From an uncultured virus (IMG/VR IMGVR_UViG_3300037400_006954) (Duplodnaviria; Heunggongvirae; Uroviricota; Caudoviricetes): a stretch of 64,000 nucleotides of DNA. The position numbers were made by a program, and so were the translations under genes. Location of the stretch: the IMG/VR virus record IMGVR_UViG_3300037400_006954. One strand, given 5' to 3'. Each line of letters begins with the position of its first letter. The stretch's first letter is position 1. This document shows positions 9,480 to 17,245 of the stretch, piece after piece. The notes under the pieces were generated by a model. It worked only from the letters and a program-made list of their open reading frames with translations, was not told the origin of the DNA and did not search any database.

Positions 9480-12009
9480 CTGTTTCTCCTGATTTTAAGT
9501 CCTGAGCAGCCGAGATTGCTGCCAAGTTATTTTTGTTTCTGTTTACACCATAACGGCTGTTCAGCACTGCATCAACTGCCGCAAGCTTATAAGTAACGTA
9601 CTTTTCTGCTAACTTGGTCGACGGTATAGATATTACACTATTTCTACGGTTTGCGTCAACAGAAAATGTTGGCGTTTTTCCGCTTAATGTTATATCCATT
9701 ATTTTCGACGTGCTGTTGTCGCATCCGTATTCGGCCAATTTCATAACAAGAGCCTGCGGAAGCGGGTTCCTGCGCAGGTCGTCGGCGTCATAGGGCTCGA
9801 ATTCGGTTGAATTGCAGAATCCCGAGCAGGATCCCTCCTTCACCGCCTTTTCGAGCACCTGCGGTACCGCAACCTCTATTTCCTCTATATATGGCTGGAC
9901 CTTGGGAAATTCAGGGCCCATCGCATACTTGAAGAAAGACGGAACGTCCAGAACTACTCCTGCGTCTGCAAGCCCCTCAAAGGCATCCTTAGGACTATAA
10001 GCCCTCAAGTCGCTCAGAATTGAGTCTGGTACGTTCAAAGCCGCCAGCTTGCGCATCTCGAAGAGCCTGCGCTCGTCGGTAGACGCAAAAGACGCCGTCT
10101 TGAGCCATCCGCTCATCCTGGAAGCCATGTCGGCCATCTCCCTGATGGTCGCGAGCTTCCTGAGACCGTGTTCGGATGTTATCGCAAGTTCGTCCGGAGG
10201 GACGACGCCTTCGTACTCCGCCTGCTTGATGGAGTCGTCCAGGCCGGAAGCCGTCTTGAGGCTCCAGGCTATTCTGTCGGCGGGGCGCCCCACGAACGAA
10301 ATGTCGAACCACCTTGGCTCGTTGTTGATCATGCCTATGAACTTGCCGTCCTCGGCGATCTTTCCGAGCTGGTACTTGATGTGCTCGCATTCGTTGGGGT
10401 CCCCTGGACCGGTCCTGGTGGCTCCGCAGAGCGAGCAGGTGTCCGTAGGAACTGTGCAGTTGTGCACGGCGAAGCCGTAGGCAGTATAAGACTCATCGCC
10501 TTCTACGCTGAGATTATATACCCGAGTCTTCCTGCCGACATGCTTGACTTCCTTGACTGGCACCATCAAATACCCGCCGGAAATGAAGGTTCTAAGTTTA
10601 CTTCTGCCCTGAACGGACATAATCTTTGCCTTGCTTATGTCCGAGAACAGCTCAGAGTACTCGTTACTTACACTGACTACATGTTCATAGGCGTTCTTGG
10701 ACTTTACACACCCCCTATCCTCCGGGTGGTCTATCTTGGTGCATGCAGAAGGAACCCCTATTGAAGCTAGAAGCATCTGCAACCCGGCGGACAATACCGG
10801 GGACTTAATGCTCCAGTGCATACCGCCCTTGTCCTGCCAGCCATCACCATTGAACCAGGCAGCTGCAAAGTTGAACTTTTCGTCCGGCGAAGCAGTCAGT
10901 ATCTCCGGTGGAATGCGTTTGTGCCCGCATCCCCTACCGCAGGATTCGAATATTCTGCGACATGGATCCTTGCCGAAGCAATTAAGTACTACCGCTTTGT
11001 CAGACAGCCTGTGTGACTTTCTGGATACAGACGTCCATTTCGCCAAAGTTTCTATCTCGTCAACGAAACAGTCATTGGCATTGCACGTTATCGTGACATT
11101 CAAGTCAGTGTTGCCGTGACTGGAGATGCTGCCTTCCGCCGTGTAGTACCCAAGCATCCTGGCCCACCTAATGTTATCAGCATCTGCCTTGCCTAAGGAC
11201 TGAGGTATAGGCACGCAAAGATAGTCATAGCTTGTCAGGTCTTTAGCCTCTTTCCACTTAGCAACAGTATGCAACATAGACCTGTGACGCCTTCTCCACG
11301 CGTCACCTGGGTGTAGCACCCTGTCTTTACGGTGCTTTCTGGCTACGTCATCGAACGAAGCCGCCAGTACCCTGTGGTTGCCCGTAAGCCCGATTACCCT
11401 GGATCCCCATGAGACAAGCGAAAGCTCATAGTAGTCAGGGGATTTCCTGTACATGGTATGTGTGACGGTCTTCCATTTGCCAGTGTGTGTAAAAACCTTG
11501 GTGCCTACACTTATGTCCTCTATAGGGACAAAACCACTAGTTGTCAGCACTGGCGTACCAGCACGAAAGCAGGCCATCGAGAAGCTGACCTCTCCGGTCT
11601 TTTCAAGACGCTCGAGATGGTCTTTGGACTTCTCGTTGTCCGCCCAGATGTACAGTTCTACGCGATGCATGTCGGGGTTGTACGCAGCGCGCTTGATCTC
11701 GCCGAGGGCCTTTTCCGGATCCTTGTTCCTGTGGTGCTGGAATACATGTCCGTATTTTACGAAGGTATCGCATCTGTCACGGCAGTCGGCCTGCTTGAAG
11801 CCGTCGGCGTTCCTGTTGAATCCGTACGTCTCCATGTCGCCGATGGCAACAAGGTGGATTCCGGTCTTGCCCTCGGGCGGCTTAAGCTCGTCGTACTCGC
11901 AGTTGAATATCGTGGAAGCCTGCTTCTTGAGTTCGGAAGCAGACTTTACGATCTCGCCGCCTACGCCGACAGAGTCGCTTATGTCGCAAGAATATGTAAG
12001 TTTTACCAT
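9469..12009 (-). CDS. Putative prohead (capsid maturation) serine protease containing an intein
   Basis: 846 aa; N-extein NRNADGF...VFQHH...VELY...VSFSMA; C-extein CTVPTDTCSLCG...CEHI...WFDISFVGRPAD; upstream of scaffold and MCP. Confidence 0.7.
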   Translation of the reverse strand: MVKLTYSCDISDSVGVGGEIVKSASELKKQASTIFNCEYDELKPPEGKTGIHLVAIGDMETYGFNRNADGFKQADCRDRCDTFVKYGHVFQHHRNKDPEKALGEIKRAAYNPDMHRVELYIWADNEKSKDHLERLEKTGEVSFSMACFRAGTPVLTTSGFVPIEDISVGTKVFTHTGKWKTVTHTMYRKSPDYYELSLVSWGSRVIGLTGNHRVLAASFDDVARKHRKDRVLHPGDAWRRRHRSMLHTVAKWKEAKDLTSYDYLCVPIPQSLGKADADNIRWARMLGYYTAEGSISSHGNTDLNVTITCNANDCFVDEIETLAKWTSVSRKSHRLSDKAVVLNCFGKDPCRRIFESCGRGCGHKRIPPEILTASPDEKFNFAAAWFNGDGWQDKGGMHWSIKSPVLSAGLQMLLASIGVPSACTKIDHPEDRGCVKSKNAYEHVVSVSNEYSELFSDISKAKIMSVQGRSKLRTFISGGYLMVPVKEVKHVGRKTRVYNLSVEGDESYTAYGFAVHNCTVPTDTCSLCGATRTGPGDPNECEHIKYQLGKIAEDGKFIGMINNEPRWFDISFVGRPADRIAWSLKTASGLDDSIKQAEYEGVVPPDELAITSEHGLRKLATIREMADMASRMSGWLKTASFASTDERRLFEMRKLAALNVPDSILSDLRAYSPKDAFEGLADAGVVLDVPSFFKYAMGPEFPKVQPYIEEIEVAVPQVLEKAVKEGSCSGFCNSTEFEPYDADDLRRNPLPQALVMKLAEYGCDNSTSKIMDITLSGKTPTFSVDANRRNSVISIPSTKLAEKYVTYKLAAVDAVLNSRYGVNRNKNNLAAISAAQDLKSGETDDN
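9630..9659 (-). promoter_or_regulatory. Sigma70-like promoter inside the protease 3-prime end, upstream of the scaffold/MCP genes
   Basis: TTGACG-N18-TAATAT in a locally AT-rich stretch. Confidence 0.5.
10459..11571 (-). mobile_element. Intein with LAGLIDADG homing endonuclease (371 aa)
   Basis: Starts CFRAGTPV; block B LTGNHRVL; LAGLIDADG motifs MLGYYTAEGS and FAAAWFNGDGW; ends VYNLSVEGDESYTAYGFAVHN followed by Cys+1; visibly lower GC than the exteins. Confidence 0.93.
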
Positions 12010-12020
12010 GTTGTGACCTC

Positions 12021-12887
12021 TTAGTCCCTATTCAGCAGCTTGTTCGCAATTAGTCCGCCACTACCAAGAAGCAGAGATCCGCCTGCGATACCGGCAAGCG
12101 TCCTGTTCTTCGACGCAAACCGTCCAAGCTGGTCAAGAAGCTTTTTGCCCTTAATTGGATTGAGCGCGTGAGCCCATCTGTAGGGTGAATACTGGCTGAA
12201 CCGAGCCTTTTCTATGGCCCTGCGTATGAGCTTCATGCCCTTCTCGTCGGCCTGCGGAGGCGGTGTCGTCCTGAACTCCCTGGCAAGAATGCTTGCCTCT
12301 TCCGTCCTTCCGGCACGCCTCATTGCTTTTGCGTATTCGCGGCCTGCGGTACCAAGTTCCTCGAGCTCCTGTCTAGAGAGAGCAGTGACATCTCCTCCAG
12401 ACCTCACACGCCCCGCAGCAACATCGAACAGCAAGCCCATGCCGTCTTTTCTGGGGAGCATATTGACCGTAGTGGCCTTATAGTAGTTCTTTGCATCCCT
12501 GAGCCTTTCGGCTATGTCCTCGCCTGCAATGGCGGATCCCGGAATTCCGACGCCAGCGGCAAGGCCGAGAAGCGACAGCTTCGACAGCGCGCTGTAGTCC
12601 TTGTCCGGCTTGGTGGGAAGCCTGTCAAACGCATTTCCCGCAAGATAGCCTCCTGTGGCTCCGAGAGCTCCAAGCAGCAACGGGTTCGTAAGGATGCTTG
12701 GATTACTGTCGCCGTCCCTTGCAAGGGCTCCGGCTGCAGCCAGTATGCTGCCAAGACCTATGCCTCCTGCAAGTCCGGCCGTAGTAGGCTTCCCGAGCTT
12801 CGCGGCCTCGCCCATGGCCCTGTCCAGGGCCGTGCGCTTCTTGGCCGCCGTTTTCTCTATAAGCCTGGTAAAAGTCTTTCTAGTCAT
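12021..12887 (-). CDS. Hypothetical virion-associated protein with glycine zippers
   Basis: 288 aa; IEKTAA near the N-terminus; four Gly-rich hydrophobic segments. Confidence 0.55.
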   Translation of the reverse strand: MTRKTFTRLIEKTAAKKRTALDRAMGEAAKLGKPTTAGLAGGIGLGSILAAAGALARDGDSNPSILTNPLLLGALGATGGYLAGNAFDRLPTKPDKDYSALSKLSLLGLAAGVGIPGSAIAGEDIAERLRDAKNYYKATTVNMLPRKDGMGLLFDVAAGRVRSGGDVTALSRQELEELGTAGREYAKAMRRAGRTEEASILAREFRTTPPPQADEKGMKLIRRAIEKARFSQYSPYRWAHALNPIKGKKLLDQLGRFASKNRTLAGIAGGSLLLGSGGLIANKLLNRD

Positions 12888-12888
12888 T

Positions 12889-13287
12889 TCAGTACTCCGT
12901 TATCTCTTCTGTAGTGAAGAACGTGTCGTTCTCCCGCAAATAGCGCACTTTCTCGAGTATTCGAGCTTCTATCGTGAAAATCCACGAAGCCGCGGCTGCC
13001 GCGGCGTCGTCAATGCTGCCTCCGAAGTCCCGCGAGTCGAATTTCCTGGTAAACGGCGACTCTGTCATTATCCGTACATATACGTCGTCATACGTGACCG
13101 ACGTGTCCGAGGGAGCACTTGCCGCCTTTGCTTGAGCAGTCGGGGCGTAGGGGATCGAACCACCTAGGTTTATCTCCGGCTCTCCGAACTTTACCATGAG
13201 CTCGCGGTCAAGCTCACTCCAGTCCTCGGTCTGGATGCGGACCTCGAACACGCTGTCGACAAGCCTCTTTATGACTCTTATCTTCAT
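12889..13287 (-). CDS. Hypothetical protein
   Basis: 132 aa ORF with GGAG RBS in the structural operon. Confidence 0.6.
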   Translation of the reverse strand: MKIRVIKRLVDSVFEVRIQTEDWSELDRELMVKFGEPEINLGGSIPYAPTAQAKAASAPSDTSVTYDDVYVRIMTESPFTRKFDSRDFGGSIDDAAAAAASWIFTIEARILEKVRYLRENDTFFTTEEITEY

Positions 13288-13296
13288 GGCCTACTC

Positions 13297-14574
13297 CTAT
13301 TCGTCAGACTGGGACTTCTGCCCGCCGATCCCGCCGTAGGCGACCTGTATGCCCTTGTCTACGTCGGTGAACACCTTGCTGTCAGCGGGGGATATCGCTA
13401 TCGAATTCACTGCGCCCCGCAGGACGGAACGCACGATCTCCTTGTTCAGCGACATCCTGGGCGCCGAGGATGTAAGCGACTTGTATATCGACGCGACCTG
13501 CCGCGGATCAGCGTCCTGAAGAATAGGGTCCGAGGAAAGCAGGTCGGCGAGTATGGAGCCGCGGACATCGTCTCGGATCTGCTCGTTTATCTTCTTGTAC
13601 GACTCGGAGTTGGGCACCGCTTCCACGAAATCGGTCATAAAGTCGGAAGACGCCTTCTTTACCGGAGCGTGAATGAACGATTCCGCCCCGGCTGACTTGC
13701 GGACGACCTTTGACGAAAGGCTCGGGTCCCTGAACATGGCCTCCTTGAGCCTCTCCGCCTTTGCCGCAAACTCCGCCTTCTTCGTGCGGTACTCCTTGCG
13801 CTGTGCAACGGCCGCTACGATGTCGTCCGCCTCCTTCAGGAGGTCGTCTACGGGCGTCGTGTCCACTACGCTGGTCCTGGCGTACTCTCCGCCTGTCGCC
13901 TTCTTGAGAAGTGGGCTGAACTTGGAGACCTGGTCCACGACTATCTTGTGGGGGCATGCCACCTTGAACAGGTCGGCCATGTCTTCCTGGGCGCCATAGG
14001 GCGCGTGTTCAAGCGCGCCGGCGATCTTCTCGGTAGCCGACCAGAGGTAGCTGTCGATCGTGCCGATGGCTCCGTCTATGTCGGCTTCGGCGGCCTTGAT
14101 GGTAGCATAGGCGTCGGAAGCCATGTCCTGAATCGTCTTGTCGGAGTATCCGTGGCTCCACTTCTCCTCGGCTTCCTTGGCGAGTACGTCGAGGAGCGCC
14201 GCGCGCTTCTCGGCGAACAGGTTCTTGCGGTTGCCGGAACGGTCTGGCCTGCTCGTGTAGAACGAGCTCGACAACGCCCCAGGAGCTACCCTGCACGTCT
14301 GTGCCGACGCGCTCTTTTCCTGGCCCTTGCCAAACATTGCAAGTACCACGTCCTTCTTGCTGGCCAGGTCGAACGAACCTGTCCTGTCGCTGGCGTTCTT
14401 GTCAAAATAGTTTATTGTCTTCGCCGTATTGAAGCTTTCGACTACCCTGTCGGTCTGGTCTACGGTCAGGTCGTGGTCCATGGCGGACTTCACGATGGCA
14501 TCGTTAGCCGACATTCCGCCGTTGTAGTAGCTAACGGCGTCCTCGAGTGCCTTGCTCAGTATTTCTTTAACCAT
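13297..14574 (-). CDS. Putative internal head protein
   Basis: Start revised to the ATG at 14574 (AAGGAGG RBS, promoter just upstream); 425 aa with many K-x-A motifs (DKNAS, EKSAS, EKRAA, RKSAG). Confidence 0.6.
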   Translation of the reverse strand: MVKEILSKALEDAVSYYNGGMSANDAIVKSAMDHDLTVDQTDRVVESFNTAKTINYFDKNASDRTGSFDLASKKDVVLAMFGKGQEKSASAQTCRVAPGALSSSFYTSRPDRSGNRKNLFAEKRAALLDVLAKEAEEKWSHGYSDKTIQDMASDAYATIKAAEADIDGAIGTIDSYLWSATEKIAGALEHAPYGAQEDMADLFKVACPHKIVVDQVSKFSPLLKKATGGEYARTSVVDTTPVDDLLKEADDIVAAVAQRKEYRTKKAEFAAKAERLKEAMFRDPSLSSKVVRKSAGAESFIHAPVKKASSDFMTDFVEAVPNSESYKKINEQIRDDVRGSILADLLSSDPILQDADPRQVASIYKSLTSSAPRMSLNKEIVRSVLRGAVNSIAISPADSKVFTDVDKGIQVAYGGIGGQKSQSDE

Positions 14575-14592
14575 TGTTATCCTCCTTGGAAT

Positions 14593-14622
14593 ATTATACC
14601 CTTTAAACCCACCGGCGGTCAA
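14593..14622 (-). promoter_or_regulatory. Sigma70-like promoter
   Basis: TTGACC-N18-TATAAT directly upstream of the RBS and the ATG at 14574. Confidence 0.65.
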
Positions 14623-15303
14623 TTACCAGTATGCCGGAAACTCCTCTCCCTGGAAGAACGTAGGGTCAAGTCCAAGACCTGGAAGGTCAAATCCATTATA
14701 CGCCCTTTCGAACATGAGCTTCTCTGAAGGCGTGAGCGTAGGAAGCTTGGACTTGTTCTCGTCCATCATCGTACGATTGGCCCAGTTAGTCACGCCGGCA
14801 CCGAGCGTTATTCCGCCCACGGTACTTATAATCGGGTGCTTCATTATGAACCTGCCGGTTGCCTTCCACGGAGAGAACGACAGCGACTTGGCCATCGCGC
14901 GCTCCCTCGCCGCGGCTTCTTCAGCCGCCGTAAGCGGGCGGACTCCACGCCAGCCGGCTCTAAATCCGCGACTTGCGGCTCTGTATGCATCCCTGGTCTG
15001 TATAGCTGCACGTACAGCGGGATCTGCTACAGCGTGATATCCACGTGACAGGCCCGATCTGGTAGACCTTGCGATTTGCCTCGCACGTTCTCCAGTAGCC
15101 CTTGCAAATTCCTCTACGCGGCCTGCACCGCGGGCAGAGCTTGCGCCAAACCGCCTAAACAGGCCCTCTATAGCGGCGCCGGCTCTTCTGGCTCCCGCTC
15201 CCTGCGCGGATTTGTACAGCCTGTCGGCTGCGGACTTCTCTATTCCGCATTCCTTGCAGGCGTGTACAAACCCAAGATAGTGCATTGTTTTGTTGTCCGG
15301 CAT
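14623..15303 (-). CDS. Leader-bearing basic virion cargo protein
   Basis: 226 aa; HYLGFVHACKECGIEKSAADRLYKSAQ leader; Arg/Ala-rich body; C-terminal glycine zipper. Confidence 0.6.
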   Translation of the reverse strand: MPDNKTMHYLGFVHACKECGIEKSAADRLYKSAQGAGARRAGAAIEGLFRRFGASSARGAGRVEEFARATGERARQIARSTRSGLSRGYHAVADPAVRAAIQTRDAYRAASRGFRAGWRGVRPLTAAEEAAARERAMAKSLSFSPWKATGRFIMKHPIISTVGGITLGAGVTNWANRTMMDENKSKLPTLTPSEKLMFERAYNGFDLPGLGLDPTFFQGEEFPAYW

Positions 15304-15317
15304 GATTGTATCCTTTT

Positions 15318-16385
15318 TTAAGCAGCAGAACTATTGGATACCAGCCCGTATCCTACAAGCCCGGCTCCTAATCCGCCGCCAAGCGCCAGCCACGGAAGGT
15401 AGTTACCTGCGGCTGGCACCGTGTCTGCGGCACTCTCAAGACCTGCTGCAGCATTCCCTGCTCCTTCTGCTCCTGTCGTGCCACCGCTCAGGCTTCTCCT
15501 GAGCTTAGCCGTCTGATACCTCAGCATATTCTCATGATACTTCATCATCCTCTCACGACCACCTGCTGTAGCTCTAAGGTCTAGCCGTGTTGGCGGTCCT
15601 GGCTGTACTGAGCCTGGTGCTCTAATCGGCGCACGACGTGCGTTAATCTCAAGGAACCGTGCTTTAAGCGAGGCTTTTCGAACTGGATCGGAAATGCTAT
15701 CCAGCATATTCTGCTGATATGGCATCAATTGCGCTTCTGCTGCCCTAGCGGCATTAGTGGCTGCTGTGGCACCGGCGCCAGCAGCCGGAGCTCCTGTCGG
15801 GACATCGCGAAAATACGTGTTCCATGCATTTTCGTCATCTAAAATTCTGGGATGAAGTCGCTTTACAGGAGGTTGGACAGCCGAAGCAGGTGTTGCGGAT
15901 CTTGCAGCCGCAGTGGCTCTAGCCTTTTCAATGTCACGCATACGCGACCATACACCCGCAGAAGCCTTCCTTCTTAGTAAAGGATCATTAATAAAGGAAA
16001 AATTATTGTTCTCCCATTCAAGGAAACTGCCAGGAGGTGGAGGAGCTTGTCTTACAGTAGGTTTGATAACCCACCTTTTAGGAACCGGCGGTATGCCAGG
16101 CCCGGTAAGTACTCCGTTAGTGGCAAGTCCAGGGGCAAGCTGTCCAGGTTTCACTGGAGTCTTTAGTGCTCCGCTAGCGGCAAGTCCAGAGCCAAGCTGC
16201 CCAGGTTTTATTCTGGTAACTTTTCCTACAGTGCTGGGTTTGAACTTGGAAAATATACCAGTGAGAAACTTAGGAAAAGCCTCCTTGTAAAGCCTGTCCG
16301 CAGCGTCCTTTTCTATGCCCATCTGCATGCAGGTGTCTATAAAACCCACATAGTGCATGTCTGCCTTCTTGATAGTTTCGTTCAT
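15318..16385 (-). CDS. Leader-bearing basic virion cargo protein
   Basis: Start revised to the ATG at 16385 (AGGAG RBS); HYVGFIDTCMQMGIEKDAADRLYKEA leader is paralogous to that of the adjacent gene; AT-richer body; C-terminal GGGLGAGLVGYG. Confidence 0.6.
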   Translation of the reverse strand: MNETIKKADMHYVGFIDTCMQMGIEKDAADRLYKEAFPKFLTGIFSKFKPSTVGKVTRIKPGQLGSGLAASGALKTPVKPGQLAPGLATNGVLTGPGIPPVPKRWVIKPTVRQAPPPPGSFLEWENNNFSFINDPLLRRKASAGVWSRMRDIEKARATAAARSATPASAVQPPVKRLHPRILDDENAWNTYFRDVPTGAPAAGAGATAATNAARAAEAQLMPYQQNMLDSISDPVRKASLKARFLEINARRAPIRAPGSVQPGPPTRLDLRATAGGRERMMKYHENMLRYQTAKLRRSLSGGTTGAEGAGNAAAGLESAADTVPAAGNYLPWLALGGGLGAGLVGYGLVSNSSAA

Positions 16386-16401
16386 GTCTGTCTCCTGTCT
16401 G

Positions 16402-17244
16402 TTAGGTTCCAAATGCCCTGAATTGCGTCGGAGCGCCGCTGGAGGTATGCCACCACCTGTACGGAATGTTGATATATCCGGTAGCGCTGGTTGGAAGTCC
16501 GATTGAAGGCATATGGTACCTTCTGTATTCCGAAAGAGTTGGTGCGAGCTCCTGGTTTATGGCCGTGGACGTCGGGTCTACGCGAGCCCTGTCGCTGGGA
16601 TGCAGTCCGCGCATCCACCTCTCCCTGTCGCGAAGCTGGCTCTCTCTGCCGCCCAGCATGGCGAACGTGCCTCCGAGTGTTCCGCCTATCAGGCCGCCGG
16701 TGCTCTTGCGCAGAAGCGAGCCTACGCCGCCCCATCCGGCGAACCCTCCGAGTACGTCCGCCCCGGCGCCGTGCAGGAACTTGTTGAGGTGTCCCGGGAT
16801 CCTGTGTTCGTAGTCGTATTTGTCCGACCAGTTGCGGAGGCCGTGCACCTTTCTGTCGATGCTCCTGTGGAAGTTTCCAAGTGCACGACCCAGCGCGCCG
16901 CGGCCTTCGTCCACGCCGAGCATCTTTCCAAGTATCAGGCTGTCGGCCAGTTCGGGCACCCATGTGGCCAGCGTAAACAGGTTCTCGCCTGTACGAAGTG
17001 CCGCAGCCCCTCCCGCAGCGGCGAGGCCCCTGCCGAGCGACCCGGCGTACTCCTTCGCCCGGCTGAGCGGGCTGGATCCCTGCCTATAGGGTTTTCTCTT
17101 CGGTACGCCGAGCTCTTCGTCCCTCTGCTTGAAGAACTTGTCCAGCTCATCGGCATAGACGCTCTGCTTCGCCGACTTGTTCATTTCGGCGAGCTTGTCC
17201 ATGAATCCATGGGTATACGCAGGGCTGTGCATCGTCTTGTCCAC
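16402..17244 (-). CDS. Leader-bearing virion cargo protein
   Basis: 280 aa; AYTHGFMDKLAEMNKSA leader; Gly-rich segments. Confidence 0.55.
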   Translation of the reverse strand: MDKTMHSPAYTHGFMDKLAEMNKSAKQSVYADELDKFFKQRDEELGVPKRKPYRQGSSPLSRAKEYAGSLGRGLAAAGGAAALRTGENLFTLATWVPELADSLILGKMLGVDEGRGALGRALGNFHRSIDRKVHGLRNWSDKYDYEHRIPGHLNKFLHGAGADVLGGFAGWGGVGSLLRKSTGGLIGGTLGGTFAMLGGRESQLRDRERWMRGLHPSDRARVDPTSTAINQELAPTLSEYRRYHMPSIGLPTSATGYINIPYRWWHTSSGAPTQFRAFGT

Positions 17245-17245
17245 G

